Positions 46,618 to 58,190 of a stretch of DNA of 64,000 bases are shown here, piece by piece (the first letter of the stretch is position 1; each line of letters starts with the position of its first letter). The notes below the pieces were generated by a model that was given only the letters and a program-made list of their open reading frames with translations, did no database searches and was not told the origin of the DNA. A program made the position numbers and the translations under genes. The DNA is from Epithemia pelagica (lineage: Eukaryota > Protista > Bacillariophyta): assembly GCA_946965045.2 (NCBI GenBank), contig OX337229.1, forward strand, positions 3,782,001-3,846,000, in the 5' to 3' direction.

Positions 46618-48894
46618 ATGATGCCTGCCAAGATCTCGTTGTTCGCGAAAATAGCTTGGTTGCTGTCTTTCGCTCATAATAGAGGATGTCTGCGTGCGGT
46701 TGCTTTTTCTGTTCGCCCAATTCAAAGAGAATCGATTGTGCGCCCTATGGTATTGTATGCGTCATCTCTTCTGTCCAAGGATGGTGGAGAGAAAGACGAC
46801 TACTTGCCGCGATCGTTCTCCAACAGTACGGTTGTTGCGGGTCCCAATGGTGCAGAAGATGTGACAAAAAGGAACAGCACAGGAACGCCTCGCTCATACT
46901 CAAATTCATCGGTCCTTTCGGCCGGGTTCTCCAGCAATGGTGCGAAGCTTTCGAGCCCGCCTCCGTATGATGCGTCGGCAACCCTTGGTGTAGACCCGAA
47001 TCAAATTACATTTCAACCCGTGAGCAAAGACGAGAAGGAGGCATTCTCCAGTTGCCAGTCGCCCTTTGTTACCATGTTTAGAGGCTCGGCAAAATACATT
47101 GCCAACCACAGGAACACGCTAGCCGTCTATCACATTCCGGGAGGACTTTTGGATTTGCCAGACCCAAACGTCTTCCGTGATCTCATGCATGATATTGCCA
47201 TTACGTGGTTACTGGGTATGAAGATAGTTCTTGTCGTAGGGTGCCGACACCAGATCGAAAAGCGACTTGGGGAAGTAAACCGAGATCAAGGGTTAAGAGT
47301 GACCAACAAAGAAACTTTGAAAATTGTCAAGGAAGAAGCTGGGTCGGTCAGGTTTGAGGTGGAACGGCAACTTGCACGTTGTCTTCGTGGGCAAGGCATG
47401 GGGGCTTTTGGTGGAGGCGTGGCATCAGGAGGCTACTACGATGGCAATGTTGTGTCGGGAAATTTTTACTCGTCGCAACCCTATGGAATCCGTGATGGAC
47501 TAGATTTCGAGTGAGTAGTTTTCGTCAGAGTGGCAATGTCTAATGGACTTTGACTCACATTGTTTCGACCTTCTGCAATGTGGATGACAGATTCTCTGGT
47601 TTTCTACGGAAAGTAGAAGTTGAAAAAATCAGGCAGCTGCATGATAACCGAGATATATGCTTATTGACGGCTCTTGGTGTTAGTCCATCAGGCGAAGTCT
47701 TCAATGTAAATTCCGAGGCGCTGGCTGCGGGAGTTGCAGGGGCTCTAGAGGCCAGCAAAGTGATATATTTCACCGAAAATGATATGGAACTGAGACATAA
47801 GATACACGAAATGCAAGTACAATCCTTGCGACTCTCCGATGCCTCCGCACTGCTTCAGCATTATGGTGTGAACTGTCATAAACAAGGTATGTGTCTTTTA
47901 CCTCGACGTACTGAGCGTATGTAAATTTCTGATGACATTAACTTCTTCATCGAACAGGATATGTAACACTAGATGAGGACCCTCTATGCCGAGGTTCCCG
48001 GGATGTACGCAACGTACTCACCTGTATTGGCTGGGGAACTCGCGCTCTGGAACAAGGTGTGAGACGAGCTCACATCATTTCTCCCAGATATGGCGCCGTG
48101 CTGCAAGAACTCTTCACACGCGATGGCAACGGGATACTTGTTTCGGGCGACATTTATGAGGGAATAAGAAGAGCAACAGTGCAAGAAGTAGCAGAAGTAT
48201 GTTTTCCATTGCAGTGGATTCAACAGCATGTTATGTTGCCTTTCTCACCTCCCCTTGTCTGGTTGCAACATTTCAGATATACGAGCTTATTCAGCCGCTT
48301 GTGGAAAGAGGGAAATTGATTTATCGACCAAAAGCAACACTAGAGCATGACATTGACGATTATTACGTCTATACTCGAGACAACCATATTGTTGCCTGCG
48401 GACAGCTTAAACTTTTCGAGGATGGCTATGCTGAGATTGGATGCCTAGTCGTGTAAGACATTCAGTGCTGATTGCATGAGAGGGTACCGTACCTGCCTCA
48501 ACTTACTCCTTTCTTACGATGCAGGAGCAAAGACTACCGCAACAGGGGCCGTGGGGATGCAATGTTGGGCTATCTAGAACGATTGGCTCTGACCAATGAA
48601 TGTTTCACTGTTTTTGTTTTGAGTACGTATTCGGTTTGTTCGCCAATATTCCGTAATCTGTCATCTAATAATCGTCCATGACTTCGTGGTACTGAACCAT
48701 TTTCATCCTTTTTGCTTGCAGGCACACAAACCATGGAGTGGTTTTTAGAACGTGGTTTTCATGCAGCAGGTGTTGATCAACTTCCCAAAAGTCGACAAGC
48801 TACGTACAATCATGACCGCGCCAGTAAGATTTATAAAAAAAAGATCGAGACACAAAGAGACCTTGATGCAAGTGAACTTTGGTGGAATCGCTGA
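46618..48894 (+). CDS. argA: Amino-acid N-acetyltransferase / N-acetylglutamate synthase; 6 exons (46618-47510, 47591-47886, 47958-48196, 48277-48452, 48525-48622, 48722-48894)
   Basis: AAK domain FVTMFRGSAKYIANHR...ELFTRDGNG and GNAT domain EIGCLVVSKDYRNRGRGDAML...EWFLERGF. Five canonical introns restore the frame; presequence AVA|FSV. Confidence 0.92.
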
Positions 48895-49296
48895 GCGTCT
48901 TCTCTTCTACCCCTGATTTTGAACCACAAGTGTGATACTTTTCTCTTTGTGAACTTGATTTTCCCAATAGCCGCATGGAATTGCACGAGGCCAACGACAA
49001 TCTACATTGTGTGCTCATCGCACCAGGTTCATGACTGATTTTGAGCTCAAGCTTTAATACTTAATGATGATTCGAGTAGATTCCATCGAAATTGATCGCA
49101 TATTTAGCTCCTAAACGAGAGAAATATCACCTACGAGGCATTTCTTTCATGTAACCAGTGCCTTTCTTATTCCTATTGTCATACAGGAGAACAAACGAGA
49201 CAAGACATATGGACTGACTATAGACAGTCGGCGTTCAAAGCGCAGACGTCAACATTATTTCTATTAATAACTCACAGATTGGTTGAAAACGAATGC

Positions 49297-50775
49297 TCAA
49301 TCGTCATCATCATCGTCATCATCATCGTCATCATCATCGTCGTCGTCATCGTCGTCATCATCGTCATCGTTACTTGCACCTGGCTGGTAGTCGTCGTCGT
49401 CCTCGTCATCATCATCATCATCATCGAGGTCGGCGGCCGGGCTGTCTTCAATCATCTTGGGCTTGTCGTCTTCGTCGTCGTCGTCATCGTCGTCGTCATC
49501 ATTATCATCGACATCATCAACCGGAAGAAGATCAGGAGCTTCTGGGTTGTCGAAAACGACATCAGCATCTTGTTCATGTTCGTCACCTGGTATGACACCA
49601 ACATCAGCCTCAAATCCTGGGAATTTGAAGCCAACTGCTCTGTGTGTGGAAAACTTGACTGTTCCTTCTGGGCTTGAAAAAGCTACAGCAAGCTTGGGCT
49701 TATCCCCAGTTTCAACTGTGACCCCGGTGACACCGACATGGTCGAGGAGCTTGTGTACAGGATCGTCGTCGGGCGCCCTGATTGTCAGCTTCTTCAGTTT
49801 GCCAACCACTGGGAGTGTTGCACATGGATGGTCTGAGTTCGCCCAGTTGATGAAGAATGGACATGTTCCGCCCATCTTGTGTCCATAGAGATAAAGCATC
49901 TCCCACTTGCGCGGAGTTCCATCGGGCTTGGCACCGAACATGGTGATGTGGTCAGGGGTGTACCCAAACTGGCCGACTTCGTCCTTGAGTTCTTCAGCAC
50001 GCGTTGTTCGAATTGCGAAGTGGAAAGGAGTGAGTTCCTTGATCCCTTTTGCTTTGATGAGCTCACCAATGGGCCCAGGTCCCTTCGGATCCGGTGCAAT
50101 GATCTCCAAGTAACTTGAGTCCGTGAAAGATATACGAGCACATTTGATACCGAGTCCCTTGACTGTACCAGCAATAACTGCCGCAAGACCAGTTTTCTTC
50201 TCAAATTCTCCCATGGCTTCCTCGAGATCAGGGGCAGCAAGGACAATATGATCGATGACATTGTCGTCAAGAACAACTTCACGTTCGCTTGCTTCACTGT
50301 CATCATCATCGTCGTCATCATCGTCGTCATCATCATCATCGTCGTCGTCTCCACCATTCTCGGCGTCCCACTGGGCCATGAGCTGCTTCATTTCAGCGTC
50401 TTCCTCGTCGTCTTCTTCATCAGGGTCTGTGATCTTTTTCTTGGACTTCTTCTCTTTCTTCTTCTTGGGCTTCTTCCTCAATTCGTCAACAATGGGTTCA
50501 TCGCCTCCCGTCGTTTCAGTATCCGCCGTCATGTACGTCATCTCATCACCATCCATCATGGCTTCCTTTTTCTTCTTCTTATCCTTCTTTTTCTTCTTCT
50601 TTTCTTTCCGTTCTAACTCCTCTTGGTCTTCGTCCACGTCGTCCTCCTCTTCTCCGTCCACATAGACATCGTCTTTGGCGTCATCCTTTTCGTCCCACTC
50701 GGCTAGAAGCTTCTGCATCTTGATGTCTTCCTCATTGGGGGCATCATCACTGAAATCAGAGTCGTCGTCAGCCAT
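49297..50775 (-). CDS. Glyoxalase-like (VOC) domain protein flanked by hyper-acidic and Lys-rich tracts
   Basis: IDHIVLAAPDLEEA...G...NARI-like...SYLEIIAPDP and PFFINW motifs. Poly-Asp tracts on both sides, with a C-terminal run of more than 20 Asp. Confidence 0.85.
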   Translation of the reverse strand: MADDDSDFSDDAPNEEDIKMQKLLAEWDEKDDAKDDVYVDGEEEDDVDEDQEELERKEKKKKKKDKKKKKEAMMDGDEMTYMTADTETTGGDEPIVDELRKKPKKKKEKKSKKKITDPDEEDDEEDAEMKQLMAQWDAENGGDDDDDDDDDDDDDDDDDSEASEREVVLDDNVIDHIVLAAPDLEEAMGEFEKKTGLAAVIAGTVKGLGIKCARISFTDSSYLEIIAPDPKGPGPIGELIKAKGIKELTPFHFAIRTTRAEELKDEVGQFGYTPDHITMFGAKPDGTPRKWEMLYLYGHKMGGTCPFFINWANSDHPCATLPVVGKLKKLTIRAPDDDPVHKLLDHVGVTGVTVETGDKPKLAVAFSSPEGTVKFSTHRAVGFKFPGFEADVGVIPGDEHEQDADVVFDNPEAPDLLPVDDVDDNDDDDDDDDDEDDKPKMIEDSPAADLDDDDDDDEDDDDYQPGASNDDDDDDDDDDDDDDDDDDDDDDD

Positions 50776-51954
50776 TGTTGATGTGTTTGTTTTTGGGGGG
50801 TGTCCAAGCTCTTAGGATAGCACAGAGGACAACGTCGAACAATTTGTGACCATGACATGAGGGGAGAGTTTCTTGCTTAGGACACTTGTAGCTGTAGCTG
50901 GTTGGACCAAAGGTAGCCCAACACCCAATCGAAATCTCAAAGTTCTTGTCTTGATCTTGGTAGGTGTTGAGCGTTGAGTGCTAAATGACCAAAATATCCA
51001 GCAGTCTCCAGAGATCACTTCATTTTTCTGCAAACGGATGTTTTCATTTGAGAGCGATTGGGATTTGTTTCGTTCTTGTGCGAGATCTTGTTGTTGGTTG
51101 GGCGGGCGGAAATCGCCCAAGACCAAATAGAATGTCTCTCCCATATCTTGTGACCGAGGGAAGAATCAGTACTCCTTGAGCCACACTGAAAGAGCCCATG
51201 AGCTTCCCAACTCTCCAATAAACGCCCAAAACGAAAGATTTGAATTTTGACCGAGGTAGCTCAGGTACTCTCCAGCTAGAGGCCCGCTAGCTAGCTAGTA
51301 CTCCCTCTACTCTCTAGCTGGAAAGGCCTGGTAATCTGTAGCAAGAGGAATGGCCTCTCATAACCCGCTCTATTTCCTCTGGGTTGGATTCTCTTCTTCA
51401 GAAGAAGATGAACGGTAGAAAGAGGAAAGTTTAACCATCCAACCTGGATGAACAACTGTCATGGGAAACGTTTTGATATAGAGCAACTACCTTGTACTCC
51501 TAGTGCCTTCACGGGTGATACGGCCAGACCCTGCATTTTAGCGGCCAAATGACCATGGTGGTCTTTAACGATTACTAGCTCAATATAGCACCTCCATAGA
51601 AATGGGATGATAGAAATCATCTTCATACAATGCTTTAGGTCCCCACCGGGCACTTTTTCCATATCTGCCATCGTCATCGAGTTCTCTCTTATCATTGTAG
51701 GGTCATTTTTTTTTTGCGATTTGGCCGCTAGATTGCCCGTTGGCCGGTACATTCACCATGCGATTTCTCCACCAATACTTGACCAATTGCCATGAAATTA
51801 AAATATGTTATCGACATTAGTGTAAATGAGAACACTATTGACCCATATAGGCTATCCCCAAGCATAGGATGCCAACGAGCTTCCACACCATTGCGTCGAT
51901 TTTTCGACGTGGCACGGACCACATGAGATTAGCCTACTCATTCGTCGAAGTCAG

Positions 51955-53897
51955 CTCCATGAATACGGCCGCTCCAGACGTCCTACTTAGTAGTCTTTTA
52001 TGTTAGGCTCTACTTTAGCGATCTGAGGTATCAGATTGATCATCGGTGATATGGCCATTGAGAAAAGGCCATCCATCGATGGACGCTTCTTTTCGACGCA
52101 TCACACACAACACGAGTTTTCGACCAAAGGATGACGAGACCCGGCTCCATGGATATGGCCGCTCCAGACGTCCTACTTAGTAGTCTTTTATGTTAGGCTC
52201 TACTTTAGCAATCTGAGGTATCAGATCGATCATCGGTGATATGGCCATTGAGAAAAGGCCATCCATCGATGGACGCTTCTTTTCGACGCATCACACACAA
52301 CACGAGTTTTCGACCAAAGGATGACGAGACCCGGCTCCATGGATATGGCCGCTCCAGACGTCCTACTTAGTAGTCTTTTATGTTAGGCTCTACTTTAGCG
52401 CATCGATGGACGCTTCTTTTCGACGCATCACACACAACAGGAGTTTTCGACCAAAGGATGACGAGACCCGGCTCCATGGATATGGCCGCTCCAGACGTCC
52501 TACTTAGTAGTCTTTTATGTTAGGCTCTACTTTAGCGATCTGAGGTATCAGATCGATCATCGGTGATATGGCCATTGAGAAAAGGCCATCCATCGATGGA
52601 CGCTTCTTTTCGAAGCATCACACACAACACGAGTTTTTGACCAAAGGATGACGAGACCCGGCTCCATGGATATGGCCGCTCCAGACGTCCTACTTCTTTG
52701 ACCGTTACTATAGAGACTAAGTTAGGTTGTACAAGTTTCAGATCTGGCGTAGGGGCCATGGTCCTCATGGTCGAGGCGATCATCCATGGACGATTATTCG
52801 TCGTGCCACGGAGCACAAGGATTTTGGACCAATGGACGATGCCATGCCAATATTCGAGAATGGTCCCTCTGGACGTCCTACTTTTTTGCCCGTTACTATA
52901 GAGACTAAGTTAGGTTATACAAGTCTCAGATCCGGCGTAGGGGCCATGGTCCTCATGATCGAGGCGATCATCCATGGACAATTATTCGTCGTGCCACGGA
53001 GCACAAGGATTTTGGACCAATGGACGATGCCATGCCAATATTCGACAATGGTCCCTCTGGACGTCCTACTTTTTTGCCCGTTAGTATTGAGACTACATTA
53101 GGTTATACAAGTTTCAGAGCCGGCGTAGGGGCCATGGTTGTCAAGCTCGAAGCGATCGTTGTTGGACAATTTCTCGTCGTGCCACGCACCACAAGGTTTT
53201 TGGACCAAAAGACGACGCAACGCTGCTCGTTCAAAATGAGCTCTCGGCTCGTTGTACTTCATGGCCATTTAGTGTAGACACTAAAGTAGCTTACCGAAGT
53301 CTCAGATCTGGCGTAGGGGTCATGGTGGTCGAGCGCGATGCGTTCGTTGTTGGACAATTTCTCGTCGTGGCACAGACCACATGAGATTTCGACCAAAAGA
53401 CGACGCAACGCGGCTTGTTCAATATGAGCTCTCGGCTCATCCTACTTAGTGGACACTTGGTTTAGCTCCTACAGTAGCTTACCGAAGTCTCAGATCTGGT
53501 GTAGGGGTCATGGTGGTCGAGCGCGATGCGATCGTTGCTGGACAATTTCCCATCGTGGCATAGACCACATGAGATTTCGACCAAAAGACGACGCAACGCG
53601 GCTCGTTCAATATAAGCTCTCTGCACGTCCTACCCAATGGACACTTAGTTTAGCTCCTACAGTAGCTTACCGAAGTTTTAGATCTGGCGTAGGTGCCATG
53701 GTTGTCGAGCGCGATGCGATCGTCGATGGGCAACTTCTCGTCGTGGCACAGACCACATGAGATTTTGACCAAACGACGACGCAACGCGGCTCATTCAATA
53801 TATGCTCTCTGCACGTCCTACCCGATGGACACTTAGTTTAGCTCCTACAGTAGCTTACCCAAGCTTTAGATCTGGCGTAGGTGCCATGGTTGTTGAG
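51955..53897 (+). repeat. Left tandem array, about 10 units of 188-190 bp grading from type A to B to C
   Basis: Measured periods: 190, 190, 137 (deleted unit) and 190 for type A, then 188, 188 for B and 188, 188, 188 for C. Shared cores include GACGTCCTACTT and GACCAAA. Confidence 0.95.
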
Positions 53898-53988
53898 ATT
53901 GAATCGATCTTAAAGCAGAAACTTTTTTAACTAATGAAGCAAGTGTCTTGCCTTGTTTCTAACGTCAGCACTATATGTAGTTACTCAA

Positions 53989-54591
53989 CTATTCATCTTC
54001 AGAACTATCGCACAGGTCAACGAAGAACATAATCTTGGGCTTCTTGCGCTTGCGATGAGTCGGTGCCTTTTCCTTCGTGGTGGCTCGGCGTGGGATCGGC
54101 ACAAACAAAGAAGAGGCACGACTGTAGCGAGGTTTCCGATCGACCTTGGTGATGGTACAGGGAGGATCTTGTTGGCGGCAGCGTTTGGTTGGTCGTGGCT
54201 TGAATGGTTGAAACGGACTCGTTGCATCGTTGTGATGCAATTCGTCGTGTGGCTTGGGGGAGGCCGCAATCAAGTGACGATGCGGTGCGGCAGGAGCTGG
54301 ATCTTGGTGGGCTTCTTCTTCTTCTTCTTCTTCTTCTTCTTCTTCTTCTTCTTCTTCTTCTTCTTCTTCTTCTTCTTCTTCTTGTTCTTCTTCTTCATAA
54401 TCTTCTTCATAATCATCATCATCATCTTCTTCTTCTTCTTCATAATCATCATCTTCATCATCTTCATCTTCTTCTTCTGCTTGGGCTTGTCGTCGTTCGT
54501 TGTGGTTGCTCCGCATGGCGTCCATTTCCAACAAGACTCGTCCTACGAGTTCGGCAATGATGGCCGCATCAGACGGCGATGGCGACGACAT
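53989..54591 (-). CDS. Acidic cargo protein: poly-Glu, NLS and C-terminal SIM-like motif
   Basis: 200-aa ATG ORF with an N-terminal helix, an E/D tract, HRKRKKPK and FFVDLCDSSEDE-stop. Confidence 0.55.
   Translation of the reverse strand: MSSPSPSDAAIIAELVGRVLLEMDAMRSNHNERRQAQAEEEDEDDEDDDYEEEEEDDDDDYEEDYEEEEQEEEEEEEEEEEEEEEEEEEEEEEAHQDPAPAAPHRHLIAASPKPHDELHHNDATSPFQPFKPRPTKRCRQQDPPCTITKVDRKPRYSRASSLFVPIPRRATTKEKAPTHRKRKKPKIMFFVDLCDSSEDE
54312..54383. repeat. (CTT)n trinucleotide microsatellite, about 24 units
   Basis: An uninterrupted CTT run that encodes poly-Glu on the minus strand. Confidence 0.9.
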
Positions 54592-55098
54592 GCTTTTACT
54601 GCAAGTGATGGCAGGACTGAGGACCGACGAATCGAATCCCGCCCCGTACCAGTCAATGAAAGTGTTGGGAGGGAGAAGATCTTTTGTTTTGTGGCTGCTT
54701 TTTCGGAATTTTGTGGGAAGGCGATGCCACCAAGTAACCTATGACTCCCAAGCGTCAACTCTTCGAACACTATTCTATATAGATCAATAGTGTATAATTC
54801 ACTCCTTCTCTCCATAAATTTTCGAGCGCTAGAGTGCTTACTTGAGGGTGTCGTATCTTTCGGTCGCTCATCAGCATGATAGCCAGGCATAGCATGGGTA
54901 GTCGGAGGAGAGTTGGAGGGAATATGTCACACGTCCCCCACATTTCCCCCAATCCACAGATGAATTTTATTGCAAGTCAACTGATCGAGATCGCAGACAC
55001 AAGTGACAAGAGACGAGAGAGACAAGAAACCATGTCCGAGAGCTCATTCAACACAACAATGAACTAAAGTATTACATGCAGCTATAAACTAATAAGTC

Positions 55099-57678
55099 TC
55101 AATTGTTCAAATCGAGTCCACCGAGCACTTTCGTTGGTGAGGAGTAAGGGATGTTGTGACCGTGCTTGTAGAATTTTGCGAGACGATCATTCATCTCATA
55201 TTCGGTCGGTAATTCATAGTTGTTTCTGGGTGGGTATGTATGGACAGTCTCATCGCGTCCTTGGTACACGTAGAAATGGGCACGTGGATCACCTTGGGTA
55301 CCATTCACGAAGCCTCCAGCGTGAACGGTATCGCCTCGCGTAAGCAGCATCGTTCCATAAGGGATCTCAACCACCTCACCCAGCTGATGGAGTTTGGCAG
55401 TGTGGTTGTTACGATGCTGCCATATTTCCACGGCCATGCCGGCTTCCGTCAGGGGCATGAAGACAACAAACGGGACACGTTCTTTGAACGGTGCCTTTTT
55501 CTTTCCCACTCCCAGAGTTGTCACTCCTTACGATCTCGGGCTCTCACCGGGCAAAAGGTCATTGGAACTCGGCGTGACAACTTCCCACATGAAGTCCAGG
55601 TGCGGCTCTTGGACTTTTGGCTCTTCGGTCTTGATATAGGACAGGTGAATCTGGATTCCGTCCGCAAACGAGACGTCTGCTGCGTAGCCCATCTCCACAA
55701 GGGCTTGAGCGAGAACTGTCTTGAAATTCTTCGTCATTGCAGCTAGCTCGTCCTTAGAGTAGGCGCTAAAGTCATGGCTCATCACAAAACCTTCATTTTC
55801 CTGCATGCGCATTTGAATTTGCTTCGAGAAGTTTTGAACCCCTCGCATCCTCTTCGTGATCTTGTCCTTTCCGTGCCTGTCCGTTCCGAGACACCACGGT
55901 AGACGCAACGTATCAAGCAGCTCCTTCGCAACCACCACAAAACGTCCTCGGCGGTCACCCTCGAGATCGACCAACAAATGGGCATGCTTCCGGTGCAGTT
56001 CCTTCACTTGCTGCTCTGTAGTCGCTTGTTTGACGACGGAATCTTCAATGCGCTCGAGTGACGGAGCTGCCGATCCTCCCGGACTGGAGAGATGATGGAG
56101 TACCGGGTGATGGGAAGGATGAATGGGCTGTGGTGGTACCTGCCCATATTCTCCATAAGGTGGCTGCCCGTAGGCCGGCGAGTAATGAGGCTGACTTTGC
56201 CCTGGGTAGTGCACCGACGCGAATGCGGACTGCTGATAGTGGGGAGGAGATTGGTACAGAGGAGGTTGGCGTGGAGGATGATAGTACGGTGGAGGCTGCT
56301 GTGGATGTTGGTACGGAGGAGATTGGCCGTAGGTTTGATGGTCGTGAGCAGGGACAAGACCACGGGCTGGAGGAGGGGAACCAAGAGGAACAGGGGCAGT
56401 CAAAGTGGCAGCAATGGCAGGAGTAGTGACCTGAGGAATCGGAAAAACAACAGGAGCATCATCCACCGGACCATGTTCAGAGAGCTGCACTGGAGAATCC
56501 GCCTCACCAGAACGACGTGTATTTGGCTTCTTCTTGTTCTTCTTCTTTCCCGGCAAATCTTCGCTCTCTTCCCCACCAGTGGATCTACCACGCTTCTTTC
56601 CTGCGCCCTCGCGAGGGATGTAGGATGAAGCTTGCATTGCATTCTCCTGGGTGATGTTGTAGAACAAGAAACACTCTTTGCCCTCGTCGATGTCCCTGAT
56701 TGCGCGGACGAGAAGATTTTTTTCCACTTTAATGTTGTACATTTCATCTGCTTCGTTGGGGACTTCACCCTTGTCGTAGAGGTTGTAGTAGGGATCGTTG
56801 CTCAGATGGAATCCCATGAAAAAATAGTTCTCGTTGTCAGGTTGAACAGTGTGTGGTTCATCGTCGGCTCCAAATTGAAGCGAGTACTTGCTCCGCGGGA
56901 CAAGTTTTGTTGTTACATCCTGTCCTGCATAGACACCTATCACCTCTCCTTCTTTGTATTCCTGCGCTGCAAAAATACCAAATCCACCGTCTTTTCCGTC
57001 TTTGACTTTGACCTTCGACTTCTTCACAACAAAGAGAGGTGTTTTTCCCAGCATAATGTTGAACTCCGGGTCATGGTCGAGCGTGAAACTGACATTCGGG
57101 AATACGTTCATTTTTTTCCCTCGGTGTTGCTTCAACGGAATCCCAATTCCCACAGATCTCGGTGCATTTGTTCCGAGTTCGACACCGTACTCATCGACCT
57201 CCTTCTTGATACCTGTCCCTGATTTCCGAATGGGAGCAGCTTTCACCGAAAATGTTACGCTAATCTTCTGCGAGACGAACTCTCCGTATGCGTTGAGAAG
57301 CACATCACTTTCGTGGATTGTAGAGGCCAGATGTGTGAGTCCTTGGATGAAATTGGTACGCGGATCTCGCGTAGAGCTCTTAATGCGCTTCACTGCTGCG
57401 ACGGCGGTCCTGTAGGCCTCTTTACGTCGGTCAACGAGGCGCTGACTCATCGCCCGGTGCGTGACGCTGTAGGCTTTGTCACTATCATCCTTCAGATTGC
57501 CTCGACGACTCTCCGCAATCCTATTTTCGGTCACCATAGCAAGATCTGCGTCCGAAAGAAACCGATGATGACCCGCTGTTGGTGTCGCTTCCTTCGTTGT
57601 TGTCATCTCCTCTTCGGGCGCTTCGTCTGCTGTTGCTGTTGTTGCTGCTGTTGCTGCTGTTGCTGTTGTTGCTGCTGT

Positions 57679-57726
<48 letters not shown>

Positions 57727-57792
57727 TGGCGGTGCGGCTGCCTGTGAGACAGTGTCTACAGCATCCAAAAGAGTATCAAACCTCGTTGGCAT
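55099..57792 (-). CDS. SET domain + 2OG-Fe(II) dioxygenase-like fusion, interrupted by one in-frame TAA (55528-55530)
   Basis: SET-like GGFGIFA...GEVIGVYAG...GFHLSNDP...VRAIRDIDEGKECFLFY. Dioxygenase-like QEPHLDF...RGDTVHAGG...DPRAHFY spans both ORFs in the same frame. Confidence 0.75.
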
Positions 57793-57950
57793 CGTTTATC
57801 GTTTTATTCTCGTGTTCAACAAAAGGTTTCCTTCGTCGGTCGAACACTTGAAACGCGACGAAACACCACGATCCACAGTTGACTTGAACTAAAATTGAGT
57901 AACGCTTTTGAGAATCCAAACTTACTTATGCCCTGTGCGCATGGCAAAGC

Positions 57951-58021
57951 CACATTTTTGGTGCGTTGACTGCTGCGACTGCATTAGGCACATTTTTCGG
58001 TATGTTGACTGATGCGACTGC
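57951..58021. promoter_or_regulatory. Direct repeat (38-bp period) in the ~400-bp head-to-head spacer between the SET gene and the transposase
   Basis: CACATTTTTGGTGCGTTGACTGCTGCGACTGC and CACATTTTTCGGTATGTTGACTGATGCGACTGC. A regulatory role is inferred from position only. Confidence 0.45.
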
Positions 58022-58190
58022 GTCACAAACTGAGAGGTTTTCCCTCCAACATTGATCCACAGTTCATTTAACAACCATGTTTCCAAATCGGAAATTTGCT
58101 TTCGACCCACGATGGAAATTGTCTTCCTTTACCTTTTACATTGCTCAGAATAGAGACGCGAGACAAAGCGGTAGAGAAAGATAATCAAAG

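Noticed and set aside
51459-51922. Short minus-strand ORFs in the subterminal region
   Set aside because: They have multiple stops in all frames and no motif. The region partly resembles degenerate array units.
52532-53760. Recurring ORFs in the arrays (also 63253-63862)
   Set aside because: A 188-bp period is not a multiple of 3, so the frame shifts every unit. These ORFs are by-products of the repeat.
51955-53897. CRISPR-like or LTR interpretation of the regular repeats
   Set aside because: Units are contiguous with no unique spacers and there are no cas genes in this eukaryotic context. The two arrays are inverted rather than direct, and there is no gag/pol.
53953-54744. Poly-Phe/Leu/Lys ORFs over the CTT repeat; similar shadow ORFs at 49279-50665, 57313-57851 and 58230-59418
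   Set aside because: These are alternative-frame or antisense readings of low-complexity coding tracts.
55099-55750. Calling the dioxygenase TET/JBP, JmjC or AlkB
   Set aside because: Only the generic HxD...H...R pattern is visible. A subfamily and substrate cannot be assigned without a profile search.
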